Of a DNA stretch of 64,000 nt, positions 18,073 through 27,319 are shown one piece after another. The stretch lies in IMG/VR virus record IMGVR_UViG_3300042891_001375; one strand, given 5' to 3'. Both the position numbers and the translations under genes were made by a program. Within the stretch, counting starts at the first letter, position 1. Every line of letters starts with the position of its first letter. This DNA comes from an uncultured virus (IMG/VR IMGVR_UViG_3300042891_001375) (Duplodnaviria; Heunggongvirae; Uroviricota; Caudoviricetes). Under the pieces are notes generated by a model. That model did not search any database and was not told where the DNA came from. It was given only the letters and a program-made list of their open reading frames with translations.

Positions 18073-19364
18073 TGAGTCGAATGACGAAAAAGAAATATGA
18101 AGCCATCACTTATGGATGGCGACATATTATAACTGGCAAGATGTATATCGGTTATCATAAGACCAATGAGATTTATGATGGTTATGTTTTCTCCTCTGAG
18201 GATCCAGAAGCCAATCTTGCCTGGTCTTATGGTTTGCTGAAGCGCAGCATTCTGTATCGCGGAAAGCAATCTGTCGCGATCACTCTCGAAAATTTCTTGT
18301 TGAAGTCAGTGAGTGCGCACAAGAACGATAAATTTTACAATCAGTCAGTTGGTGGTGGTGAGGGCTGCGTCAAAGACTTCTCTAATCTAACTGAAGAGAT
18401 TAAGAAAGTTGGTCTAGATTGGATTGCTGGAATTGATCCAGTTTATGTGACTGAAAAAAGTAAAGTTGACAAAGATGATATCAGATATATTTGTGAACAG
18501 ATTAATTCTGGCAAGTATAAAATCCATGAAAATGAAAAGGTTAGCGAAATTCGCTCATTGCCTAGAAATCAAGTGCGCTTAAATGTGATTGAACATGAGC
18601 ATAAAGATGGTATCGCTGAACTTATGAAGGATGATCCAGGTAAAGCGCGACAGAACGTTTCACCTGTGATTGTTTGTGTTCATGATAATGGGTATAAAGA
18701 AATTATTGACGGCAATCATACTATAGAAGCAGCCCATGATGCGGGTTGGACATTAGTTCCTGTAATCTATATTAATTATTCTGAATTTAAATTCAAGAAA
18801 GAAAATGTTGATTATTTTGGCTATGCGATGAATCATGACGAGAAACGTAAAAGACCTAACAGCAAAGATGATTTAAAGCAAGCAATTATGAGATTTGCAA
18901 ATTCTCATGATGAATTGAAGATTGGCACCGAAGAATTCAAGGAAGCATTCATCGACCCTTATGGCGATTTCTGGTCTAAAAAACAAATTGCTAAAACGAT
19001 CGAATCTGTAAAAGATCATCTTGAAACTCTCGATGCTATGAAGAATCGTAACTTCAAGGTGTGGTCGAAACGAGAACTGAAAGCAGTAACTGATAAACTT
19101 GCTGAAGAGAATCCTGGACATGCGGTGATCAGTATTACATCTGGTTCTTGTTATAATGCTGGCGTTGGGGCTGTGGCGAACAAGGCTGGCGAAATGGATA
19201 CGTGGGATGCAATCATGGTTGTGAGTCACCGTACTCTAAATGAATTTAATTCTTGGAAAAAGAACGGTGGTTCTGAAGACAAATTAAATGCTGCAATGAA
19301 GCGTATGCATGAGAGGCTGAAATGCCAAGTTATTGTCCTTGAATCTTTTGTTAAAACAAAATAG
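18072..19364 (+). CDS. Seg-type GIY-YIG-like domain fused to ParB/Srx-like domain
   Basis: N-terminal ITYGWRHIITGKMYIGYHKT..YDGYVFSS; central SPVIV...IIDGNHTIEAA. Confidence 0.6.
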   Translation: MSRMTKKKYEAITYGWRHIITGKMYIGYHKTNEIYDGYVFSSEDPEANLAWSYGLLKRSILYRGKQSVAITLENFLLKSVSAHKNDKFYNQSVGGGEGCVKDFSNLTEEIKKVGLDWIAGIDPVYVTEKSKVDKDDIRYICEQINSGKYKIHENEKVSEIRSLPRNQVRLNVIEHEHKDGIAELMKDDPGKARQNVSPVIVCVHDNGYKEIIDGNHTIEAAHDAGWTLVPVIYINYSEFKFKKENVDYFGYAMNHDEKRKRPNSKDDLKQAIMRFANSHDELKIGTEEFKEAFIDPYGDFWSKKQIAKTIESVKDHLETLDAMKNRNFKVWSKRELKAVTDKLAEENPGHAVISITSGSCYNAGVGAVANKAGEMDTWDAIMVVSHRTLNEFNSWKKNGGSEDKLNAAMKRMHERLKCQVIVLESFVKTK

Positions 19365-19393
19365 TTTACTTTTGGGATTTGTTATTATATAAT
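19365..19393 (+). promoter_or_regulatory. sigma70-like promoter
   Basis: TTTACT-17-TATAAT. Confidence 0.65.
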
Positions 19394-19464
19394 AACAAGT
19401 ATGTCGTAAGGAAAGCCCCAATCTTGCGATATTATTGAAGGGGTGTTTTGTGAAGGTATATTAT

Positions 19465-19758
19465 ATGTCTAATGCTCTTGATTCTTTTGTTTCTTATCTT
19501 GCTGACGGCAACACTGTAACATCGCGCCAAGTTCGTGCAATGTTCAAGGTTGACAATGCTGCTGATCTTGCTTATCGTGCACGCAATGAGGGTATCTCTG
19601 TATACACCAATCGCGTCACTAATTCGCGTGGTCAGAAGGTATTTGCCTATCGTCTTGGCAATCCTTCGAAGCAGTTCGAGAAGTATCTCGATCAGGGTCA
19701 GATTGCGCGTGCTCGCAAGACCCTCTACCGCGATGCTATCAGCGTCACGATGGGCTAA
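19465..19758 (+). CDS. small winged-helix DNA-binding protein
   Basis: L.DG..VT..Q....F......AYRARNEG.SVY...YRLG pattern; own promoter and terminator. Confidence 0.65.
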   Translation: MSNALDSFVSYLADGNTVTSRQVRAMFKVDNAADLAYRARNEGISVYTNRVTNSRGQKVFAYRLGNPSKQFEKYLDQGQIARARKTLYRDAISVTMG

Positions 19759-19787
19759 TCAGCCAATTCTAAAAATGTGATAACATT

Positions 19788-19820
19788 CTGTGGGGGTGCA
19801 ATGCCCCCACAGTTTCATTT
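19788..19820 (+). terminator. Rho-independent terminator
   Basis: CTGTGGGGGT-GCAAT-GCCCCCACAG then TTTCATTT. Confidence 0.75.
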
Positions 19821-19841
19821 GGGGTTCGGAAAATACTGATG

Positions 19842-19870
19842 TTGACATTGTGCCTTGCTGGATATATAAT
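19842..19870 (+). promoter_or_regulatory. consensus sigma70 promoter driving the modification operon
   Basis: Perfect TTGACA-17-TATAAT; AGGAG SD downstream. Confidence 0.88.
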
Positions 19871-19890
19871 ATCATGAGCAGGAGAAAGTT

Positions 19891-21183
19891 ATGACCAAAG
19901 TAATTATTGCAAATTCAAAAATAGATTGTGAACATTTGCTAGGACAATTCCTAGACGAGTCGCATTTTGATACTGTGATCAATGAAGACACAGATTGCTA
20001 TCTTGGCAGCGAACATGAAGATAATATCGCATTCAAGTTTCGCAAAAACTATTTCAGCAAACAAGAGCAAGATGATGCTTATGCAGGTTTGCGCGAGGCT
20101 GCAACACCAACTCAAAATCGTGGACTTGCAGCAGGACCAAAAGGTGAGAAATGTGGTGGTCGTGAGTGGGTGACTGAGTTTCAATTACATGTTCTTGACT
20201 TCTTCAAGAAGCAGCCAGAGAATTCAGTCATACCTGTGAATGTTAAAGAAGAGATTGAATCGATTCGCGCCAAGTATGAGAATGCAGAATCGTCTCGTGG
20301 TCTTGTTTGGTTGAGCGCAAAAGTCAAAGAAGATGAATTTGACTTTGACAAGTGGCTTCAAAGAGTCGCTGAGATGTCAGTCAAAGAACGTAAAGAAGAA
20401 GCGCGTGGTGTTGAAGAAACTTATATTTCGGATACAACCTATGCCAACGTAGTGTTGTCGGGTATTGCTGGTTGGTTCGATCGGTATCCTCGTATTCCAT
20501 ATGGTCGCGCAACAGCATATACGCAAAACTCATTTGACAAATTTAAATTGTCATTTCCATTTCTACAGACACTTGATCGCGGTTTTGCTGAGTTGCTTCC
20601 AACTCGTCATGCAGCGCAGCGTGCTGCAGCGGATACAATCGATCCTGCATTCCTCGTTCCGCAAACTGTTTTCACTACAATCACAGTTAACAAGACATTC
20701 CGAACAGCAGCACATCGTGATGCTGGTGACTTTACAAATGGATTAAGCAATCTTCTTGTTTTATCAAACAATGGTAACTATACAGGTGGATATCTTGTTC
20801 TTCCAGAAGTTCGTATTGCCGTGAATGTACGACCAGGTGACCTGCTGCTCGTCAATAATCATGAGTACATTCATGGCAATACACCTATTGAACTGCAAGA
20901 TGAAATGGCAGAGCGTATAAGTCTTGTCTGTTATTTGAGAGAAAAGATGCTTGAACTTGGTGAAGATAGATGGGAGTCTTTACGATATAAATTTGTTGAG
21001 CATCGTAGAAAAGATAAGGAACATCCTCTCCAGAGAAAACTTTGGAATGGAATATCTGAAGGCATGTGGGAAAGCGATGAATGGTTTGATTTCGTAGACC
21101 AAAATGGTGGTAATAGTTTGAGAATGGGTAAATACGATAAGAAAAGAGAAAAGACATCCACTCTAGAAGATATGTTCGGTTAA
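19891..21183 (+). CDS. TET/JBP-family 2OG-Fe(II) dioxygenase
   Basis: FTTITVNKTFRTAAHRDAGD (HxD), GDLLLVNNHEYIHGNT (distal H), RISLVCYLRE (2OG-binding R). Confidence 0.85.
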   Translation: MTKVIIANSKIDCEHLLGQFLDESHFDTVINEDTDCYLGSEHEDNIAFKFRKNYFSKQEQDDAYAGLREAATPTQNRGLAAGPKGEKCGGREWVTEFQLHVLDFFKKQPENSVIPVNVKEEIESIRAKYENAESSRGLVWLSAKVKEDEFDFDKWLQRVAEMSVKERKEEARGVEETYISDTTYANVVLSGIAGWFDRYPRIPYGRATAYTQNSFDKFKLSFPFLQTLDRGFAELLPTRHAAQRAAADTIDPAFLVPQTVFTTITVNKTFRTAAHRDAGDFTNGLSNLLVLSNNGNYTGGYLVLPEVRIAVNVRPGDLLLVNNHEYIHGNTPIELQDEMAERISLVCYLREKMLELGEDRWESLRYKFVEHRRKDKEHPLQRKLWNGISEGMWESDEWFDFVDQNGGNSLRMGKYDKKREKTSTLEDMFG

Positions 21184-21184
21184 T

Positions 21185-21874
21185 ATGTGCGCAATTATTG
21201 GTGCTTATATCGAGAACCCAAGTTCTCGTGATTTGGTAATGCTTGCTGATGTTGTCCGTGAGTCTAGTATTCGCGGATTACACGCAACTGGTGTTTCTTG
21301 GGTTCGTGATGGTGAAATAAAAACTCGCATTGACGCTAAACCAGCCACGCAGTTTTTAGAATCACTTGATCTAAACAATTGTGTTAACGAAGATGGCAAT
21401 CTATATTTGATTGGTCATTGCCGTTATTCTACATCTGATCTTGAATTTAATCAACCATTGTACAATGACAATATCTCTATTGTTCACAATGGCGTTGTCA
21501 GCCAAGAGATGCCAGAAAACTGGGAACGTCTATATGGCTACAAGTGTAAAACTCGAAACGATAGTGAGTTGATTCTTCATACTCTTGAAGCAAACAAGTC
21601 TCCATTAGTAGAATTTTCAAATGCTTCAATGGCTGTAGTTGAATTGTACAAAGAAAAGCAATTACGTTTCTATCGCAACGGCAAACGTCCAATTTACTTT
21701 ACTTCTTTGACCAATGGCGGTATAATTACTTCAACGAAAGATATTGCTCTTCGTTCTGATCTCAAAGATCCTATTGAGGTTGATATGAATTGCTATGTGA
21801 CTATAGCAAAGAATGTCTTTCGAAAGAACTATGTTATAATTGATGATGCAAAGGATTTACAGCATGTACGATAA
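21185..21874 (+). CDS. class-II (Ntn) glutamine amidotransferase-like protein
   Basis: N-terminal Met-Cys, RG.HATG, GHCRYST, HNGV, NDSE. Confidence 0.88.
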   Translation: MCAIIGAYIENPSSRDLVMLADVVRESSIRGLHATGVSWVRDGEIKTRIDAKPATQFLESLDLNNCVNEDGNLYLIGHCRYSTSDLEFNQPLYNDNISIVHNGVVSQEMPENWERLYGYKCKTRNDSELILHTLEANKSPLVEFSNASMAVVELYKEKQLRFYRNGKRPIYFTSLTNGGIITSTKDIALRSDLKDPIEVDMNCYVTIAKNVFRKNYVIIDDAKDLQHVR

Positions 21875-22736
21875 GTCAACGTTTACATATGGTGCTGAAA
21901 TTGAGTGGGGTGATATTGATCGTCGTATGGATATCCCCCCAACTCTCGGTAAATGGGAATATGCTGAAACTGATATTGTAAACATTCACCCACCATATCA
22001 ATATCGTGCATGCGATCCTCTTGGTAAAGAACCACCATTCGGCGGTGAAGTCAATATGATGCCAACCAAAACTTGGCAAGAACAAGTTGATCGCATCATG
22101 CGTCTAAAAGAAATGTTTCTTGAGTACGGAAATAATCCGTCAGCCTCTTGCGTCAACCATGGTCATATTCATGTCTTTGTTCCAGGACTGAAAGATGATA
22201 TTGCTGGATTGAAGCGATTGGTTGGATATATTCAAGATAATCAAGAAGATACGATTGAAGCCTGTTATCAATTCTACGAAACTTCTGAGATGAAGCAGTG
22301 CGAAGGCGCAAAGATGTATCTGAAGTTTGATGGTGGTCGCCCAATGCCTGAGTATATGTGCGACAATATTATTGAACTTGCTACTGACTTCAATCACTTT
22401 ATCAAATTACATGCTGCTGGAAAAGATGGCGTGTCAATGGGTCGCCCTTTTAGATACGCCATCAATACTTATTGCATGAAGCATACTGGTACAATCGAGT
22501 TTCGTTGTTTCCGCTCAACTACAAAGCGAGAAGAAATGGAATCTCAATTTCGATTTGTTGAAATGTTTATAGACGCAGCATTGAATGGTGGATCATCTGT
22601 TCGCGAGATTCTGGCTAATAATACGTTCAAGTTCCCACCATTTGTGTGGAACTTAGATGAGTATCATGGTTGGCAGCAAACCAAATATCCAAAGGAACGT
22701 GGAGAAAAGAAACGCGAGTTCCATGAAGTTGTGTGA
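21864..22736 (+). CDS. amidoligase (glutamine synthetase / gamma-glutamyl-cysteine ligase-like COOH-NH2 ligase)
   Basis: TYGAEIEW, GGEVN, HGHIHV, RYAIN, TIEFRCF. Confidence 0.8.
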   Translation: MYDKSTFTYGAEIEWGDIDRRMDIPPTLGKWEYAETDIVNIHPPYQYRACDPLGKEPPFGGEVNMMPTKTWQEQVDRIMRLKEMFLEYGNNPSASCVNHGHIHVFVPGLKDDIAGLKRLVGYIQDNQEDTIEACYQFYETSEMKQCEGAKMYLKFDGGRPMPEYMCDNIIELATDFNHFIKLHAAGKDGVSMGRPFRYAINTYCMKHTGTIEFRCFRSTTKREEMESQFRFVEMFIDAALNGGSSVREILANNTFKFPPFVWNLDEYHGWQQTKYPKERGEKKREFHEVV

Positions 22737-23238
22737 CACAAGTCGCGATGAATTTGTCGCGCATATAACTGAGAACAAAGCAGACTCTTTCGCCAAGACT
22801 TTTGTAGCGAAAGCAGATATGCAGGAACAATGGCAGTACTGTATTGGATGTTGGGAAGGCGGAGAGTTGGCTGGCGCGATTATCACTACTCGTTCGAAGA
22901 AAACTCCATATGTTTTCAATCTACAATTGCTTCATACATTTGCAAAACATAGACGTAAGGGTGTTGCAAGATTGCTTACTCAAGATTCTCTTGATCGCGC
23001 ACAAGGTCTTGGCACCAGTTACTATCGTGTTTCAGCAGAGCCTGATGCAATTGTTTTCTATGAGTCTATGGGATTTAAGTTCTTGGGAAAACAGAAAAGC
23101 GGATGCTCTCTGAGTATGTTCAAAATCAATGGAAAGAATTTTGCTGATGGTATCTATGATCTTTCAGATCCTGTAATACACGCAGCAGTATACAAAAAAG
23201 GTAAAGGTGGTTGTGTCGAAGTCTTTGCAGCGTCGTGA
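22723..23238 (+). CDS. GNAT-family acetyltransferase
   Basis: HRRKGVARLL acetyl-CoA motif, AIVFYESMGF. Confidence 0.88.
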   Translation: MKLCDTSRDEFVAHITENKADSFAKTFVAKADMQEQWQYCIGCWEGGELAGAIITTRSKKTPYVFNLQLLHTFAKHRRKGVARLLTQDSLDRAQGLGTSYYRVSAEPDAIVFYESMGFKFLGKQKSGCSLSMFKINGKNFADGIYDLSDPVIHAAVYKKGKGGCVEVFAAS

Positions 23239-24226
23239 ACAATTCATTCGTTGGTATGCGTGGTCGATGCAGTTTGGCGATTGCGATCCAGCGGTATGGA
23301 TGACAAACTATCTTCATAATCGTTATGAACACAATGATGAGGAAAGACTCTGGCTTGCATGGCTTTATGGTAACACCTATCAATTGCCAACTGCATGGGT
23401 TCTAAAAAATGAATTCCCAGACTATGAACTTGCTACCGTTGATCGTATCGAATGGTGGAACTCTAGTAATTATACTAGATTGCGCTATCAAACAGACACA
23501 AAGTGGAACAAAGGTCACTTGCCTGCCATGTTCGCATCTTACCAAAAATTTATTGGCAAGAAAACTCAACGTGAGGTTCTAGAAAAATATTATGGCGACA
23601 ACGAAACACAATCTTTCCACAATCTTTGGAATAATCTTAAGACTTCTCTTTACAAATTTGGTCGCTATTCCACTTGGTTTTACCTTCAGCATCTTACTCA
23701 TACTGCTGGCATTAACTGTGTACCTGACAGCCTCATGCTTGACGATTTTGCAGGGTCTCGTTCTCATCGTAATGGTTTGCATCTCGCCATCGGGCAAGAT
23801 GACAAATATGATGCTAAACTCACTGCTGCAGAATGCGCAGACCTTGAAAGCATCGCCAAAGAGATTCTTGAGGAAACCAGATCTAGATTCCCTCAACTGA
23901 GCAATCAAATCGATTTCTTTACGATGGAAACTTGTTTGTGTTCATTCAAGAAAATCTTTCGTGAACATCATGGACGTTATCTTGGCTATTATCTTGATCG
24001 TCAATCAGAAGAAATTGAGCAAGCAGAGGGTGATGGCTGGACTGGTATTGAATGGAATGTTTTGTGGCAAGCAAGAAACGAAACTCTCGATTCAAGGCTT
24101 GCTTCGCGAAATAAAATCAACAAAGAAAAGTTTACTTATTTCCTGAGAACAGGTAAACTAGAAAGAATGAATTGGATGTTCCAAGACGAAGAAGAAGTTA
24201 AGGAAGGTTTGGAGGCATTATGGTAA
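23207..24226 (+). CDS. aGPT-PPlase / amino acid:DNA transferase-like protein (HhH-glycosylase fold)
   Basis: GDCDP, RLWLAWLYG.TY, FGRYSTWFY, METCLCSFKK, RYLGYY; adjacent to P-loop kinase; start codon uncertain. Confidence 0.75.
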   Translation: MVVSKSLQRREQFIRWYAWSMQFGDCDPAVWMTNYLHNRYEHNDEERLWLAWLYGNTYQLPTAWVLKNEFPDYELATVDRIEWWNSSNYTRLRYQTDTKWNKGHLPAMFASYQKFIGKKTQREVLEKYYGDNETQSFHNLWNNLKTSLYKFGRYSTWFYLQHLTHTAGINCVPDSLMLDDFAGSRSHRNGLHLAIGQDDKYDAKLTAAECADLESIAKEILEETRSRFPQLSNQIDFFTMETCLCSFKKIFREHHGRYLGYYLDRQSEEIEQAEGDGWTGIEWNVLWQARNETLDSRLASRNKINKEKFTYFLRTGKLERMNWMFQDEEEVKEGLEALW

Positions 24227-24801
24227 GAGTGATTGCGATGGGTGGTGAGCCAGCAACTGGCAAAACCACCCTCATGTTTCGATTGATTTCAATGGCTGAC
24301 GATTGGCAAACAGTCAAACCAGAGAAACTTCTTGATGCTGTATATTCCAAGAAATTGAATCTTTATATTCTTGGCAAGTATGTAGACGATGGTAATGTAT
24401 TTCAAGGAACAGATCGTTTGTCAATGGCAGTTCAACCAGATGCTACTGCGTTCTTTAGTAATCTTGCATATGAATCAAATGCAGATGGTCACAATGTAAA
24501 TGTTATCTTTGAAGGTGATCGTTTGTTCAATGGTAAGATGCTTGATCGTCTTTCTGAACTATTCCCAAATGATTTCAAGATTCTAATCCTTACAGTTAAG
24601 GATAGCACTCTTGATCAACGTCACATTGATCGCAAAGATGATCAAGATGACAAATTCAAAAATTCTCGTAAGACCAAAATCTCCAATATCATGGGGTCGC
24701 TGACTCTCATGGACTATATAGAGACAATGGTCAACGAAAACCTCGATGATCAATCTAAGATTATTGACAATATTAGAAAATTTTACAACTGGAGTGAATA
24801 A
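24220..24801 (+). CDS. P-loop kinase, putative 5-hydroxymethylpyrimidine DNA kinase
   Basis: GGEPATGKTT, LGKY...FQGTDRLSMAVQP, FEGDRL; neighbour of the AADT-like gene. Confidence 0.72.
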   Translation: MVRVIAMGGEPATGKTTLMFRLISMADDWQTVKPEKLLDAVYSKKLNLYILGKYVDDGNVFQGTDRLSMAVQPDATAFFSNLAYESNADGHNVNVIFEGDRLFNGKMLDRLSELFPNDFKILILTVKDSTLDQRHIDRKDDQDDKFKNSRKTKISNIMGSLTLMDYIETMVNENLDDQSKIIDNIRKFYNWSE

Positions 24802-24803
24802 TT

Positions 24804-25643
24804 ATGCAGTTAGAAGTTAAAGTTGAAGAGTTGCGCAAGAAAAAGTTATTTGTGGCAACTCCAATGTATGGTGGCATGTCTCATGGCATGTATGTAAAGT
24901 CCTGTTTAGATTTACAAGCAATCTGCGGACAATATGGTATTGAAGTTCGTTTCTCATTCATCTTCAATGAATCATTGATTACTCGCGCTCGCAACTATCT
25001 TGCTGATGAGTTCCTTCGCGCAGAAGGATTCACTCATATGCTCTTTATCGATGCAGATATTCATTTCGATCCACGTGATGTGATTGCATGTCTTGCTCTT
25101 GATAAGGACATCATTGGTGGACCATACCCAAAGAAGTCTATCAAATGGGGTGCAATTAAAGAAGCAGTCAAGCGTCATCCAGATATTGAGCCTGGTGAAA
25201 TGGAAAAGGTTGCTGGTGATTTCGTCTTCAATCCTGCTCCTGGTACTGTCAAGTTTAGTGTTGCTGAGCCAATTCAAGTTCTAGAAATTGGCACAGGATA
25301 TATGATGATTAAGCGTCAAGTCTTTGAACGTTTTAAAGAAGCATATCCAGAATTCAGTTATAAGCCAGATCATGTTGGTCAAGCCAACTTTGACGGTTCG
25401 CGATATATCCATGCATTCTTCGATACCGTCATTGATCGTAAGCGTAAAGTGAACGTTGATGGCGTTGAACGCGAAGTCGGTGGATCTGATCGTTATCTCT
25501 CAGAAGATTATATGTTCTGCCAATGGTGGAGAAACATCGGTGGTGAGATTTGGCTCTGCCCATGGATGAAGACTCATCACATCGGAACATATGCATTCAC
25601 TGGTGACATGCCAGCAGTTGCTAATTACGTTGGCACTCTCTAA
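24804..25643 (+). CDS. GT-A fold glycosyltransferase-like protein
   Basis: ATPMYGG, ESLITRARN, FIDADI (DxD), GTGYMMI, YLSEDYMFC. Confidence 0.75.
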   Translation: MQLEVKVEELRKKKLFVATPMYGGMSHGMYVKSCLDLQAICGQYGIEVRFSFIFNESLITRARNYLADEFLRAEGFTHMLFIDADIHFDPRDVIACLALDKDIIGGPYPKKSIKWGAIKEAVKRHPDIEPGEMEKVAGDFVFNPAPGTVKFSVAEPIQVLEIGTGYMMIKRQVFERFKEAYPEFSYKPDHVGQANFDGSRYIHAFFDTVIDRKRKVNVDGVEREVGGSDRYLSEDYMFCQWWRNIGGEIWLCPWMKTHHIGTYAFTGDMPAVANYVGTL

Positions 25644-25649
25644 TATTGT

Positions 25650-26318
25650 ATGATCGTAGGTTTAGTTGGCTTTATTGGAGCAGGTAAAGGCACAGTTGCA
25701 GATCTCTTGGTAGAACGTCATGATTTCTTCAAAGAAAGTTATGCGAACAGCCTGAAAGATGCTTGCTCGATTATATTTGGTTGGAATCGCGAAATGCTTG
25801 AAGGTAACACACCTGAATCAAGAGCATGGCGTGAACAACCAGACGTATGGTGGTCAGAAAAACTCGATCGTGAGTTTTCGCCAAGATTAGCACTCCAGCT
25901 AATGGGCACAGAGGCAGGGCGGGATGTATTTCACCCTGACCTCTGGGTTCATACTGTAATGCGTCGCTGCGAGCAATCACCATGGAATAATTATGTGATT
26001 GCTGATGTTCGTTTCCCAAATGAAATCGATGCAATTGTGAAATCTGGCGGCAAAGTTATTCGCGTTCGTCGTGGTGATGATCCTGAATGGTACAGTCTTG
26101 CTCGTGAATGCAATCTTTATAACAAACAAGAAATAATGCGCAATGCTTATCCAGAAGTTCACTTTAGTGAGTGGGCTTGGATTGGTGCACATTATGATAT
26201 TGTGATGGATAATAATTGTTCGTTAGATGAGTTGACCGTGAGGGTTGACAAGTTGGTTGATTCGTTATATAATAATCGTGTTGAAGCAAATGAGGTCGTT
26301 AATTATGAAACTTTCTGA
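25650..26318 (+). CDS. 1: deoxynucleoside monophosphate kinase (gp1-like)
   Basis: GFIGAGKGT, SPRLALQLMGTE, DVRFPNE, HFSE. Confidence 0.92.
   Translation: MIVGLVGFIGAGKGTVADLLVERHDFFKESYANSLKDACSIIFGWNREMLEGNTPESRAWREQPDVWWSEKLDREFSPRLALQLMGTEAGRDVFHPDLWVHTVMRRCEQSPWNNYVIADVRFPNEIDAIVKSGGKVIRVRRGDDPEWYSLARECNLYNKQEIMRNAYPEVHFSEWAWIGAHYDIVMDNNCSLDELTVRVDKLVDSLYNNRVEANEVVNYETF
26245..26273 (+). promoter_or_regulatory. consensus sigma70 promoter for gp45 inside the 3' end of gp1
   Basis: TTGACA-17-TATAAT. Confidence 0.8.
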
Positions 26319-26979
26319 TGATACTGTGCAAGTCCTGAAAAACTTTTCAGGCATTAATCAAAGTTTGCAATTCAAGTCTGGCAATACTTTGAAAACTATC
26401 TCTCCCCTCAAGACAATCTTCGTTGAAGCAACTGTTGGTGAGAGTTTCCCAAAAGAGTTCGCTCTTTATGATTTGAATAAACTCTTGGCAAAAGTCTCCT
26501 TGTATAAGGATGCTGAGTTGTCGTTTGATGATGACAAACTCAACATCAGTGCAAACAAGAAGTCTGATTACATCAAGTATTGTTCGCCGAAAGTTATTGT
26601 GACTCCACCTGAGAAGGCGATCACGTTTGGTGATCCTGATTGTTCATTCAGTCTCTCGCAAGAAGATCTCGATTGGATGCGCAAGAGTGCGGGCATCTCT
26701 GGCTCACCAAACTTCGTATTTGAGAGCGATGGTTCCACGATTCACTTCATTGCTACCGACGTGAAGGATGATTCTGCTGATCAGTCCAAGATTGAAATCG
26801 GCACGGCTGAGAATGGTAAAGAATTCAAGGTTGTGATGAAGGTCGAAAACTTCAAGTTGCTTGAAGGTTCGTATGATGTTGCAATCGCTAAGAAAGGTCT
26901 TGCGCGATTCAAGCACAAGACTGTTGACATCACTTACTACATCGCAATTGAAGCCGCAAGTTCGACATTCGGAGAATAA
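26305..26979 (+). CDS. 45: sliding clamp gp45
   Basis: MKLS..T..VLKNFS.IN, FALYDL, KVENFKLL.G.Y.V, YYIAIE. Confidence 0.95.
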   Translation: MKLSDDTVQVLKNFSGINQSLQFKSGNTLKTISPLKTIFVEATVGESFPKEFALYDLNKLLAKVSLYKDAELSFDDDKLNISANKKSDYIKYCSPKVIVTPPEKAITFGDPDCSFSLSQEDLDWMRKSAGISGSPNFVFESDGSTIHFIATDVKDDSADQSKIEIGTAENGKEFKVVMKVENFKLLEGSYDVAIAKKGLARFKHKTVDITYYIAIEAASSTFGE

Positions 26980-26981
26980 TC

Positions 26982-27218
26982 ATGGCACTTGATAAAGCAA
27001 AGGTTTTGGGATGCCTTCAAGAAATCTCAAACTCGTTAACTCGCATTGAGGCTGAACGCGATCTGATTAAAGAGATTCTCCAGAAAATGCAAGACGAATG
27101 TGAGATTCCAAAGAAGTTGTCTCGCAAACTGGCAAAGGTTTATCACAAACGTAATTATGAGGAAGAAGTTGCAGAACAGAGTGACTTCCAAACCATTTAC
27201 GAAAACGTGGCTAAATAA
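26982..27218 (+). CDS. DsbA/GapR-like small dsDNA-binding protein
   Basis: Helical 78-aa protein with EISNSLTRIEAERDLIKE...RKLAKVYHKRN. Confidence 0.6.
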   Translation: MALDKAKVLGCLQEISNSLTRIEAERDLIKEILQKMQDECEIPKKLSRKLAKVYHKRNYEEEVAEQSDFQTIYENVAK

Positions 27219-27221
27219 ACT

Positions 27222-27301
27222 AGATGGGACGCAATACTCTAATTTGACGGCACTATCCGCCAGACTGCTCGCCGTGGGAGTTCACCTTCCCCGTCCCATC
27301 T
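27222..27301 (+). ncRNA. candidate structured RNA (~80 nt)
   Basis: Perfect 10-bp closing stem AGATGGGACG/CGTCCCATCT, inner stems ACGGC/GCCGT and GGGAG/CTTCC; GC-rich island after CTAAATA. Confidence 0.5.
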
Positions 27302-27319
27302 TCTCTTTGGAGTTATATT

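Noticed and set aside
27226..27298. Canonical tRNA gene
   Set aside because: No proper D-arm, anticodon arm or 7-nt TTCRA loop; kept only as a candidate ncRNA
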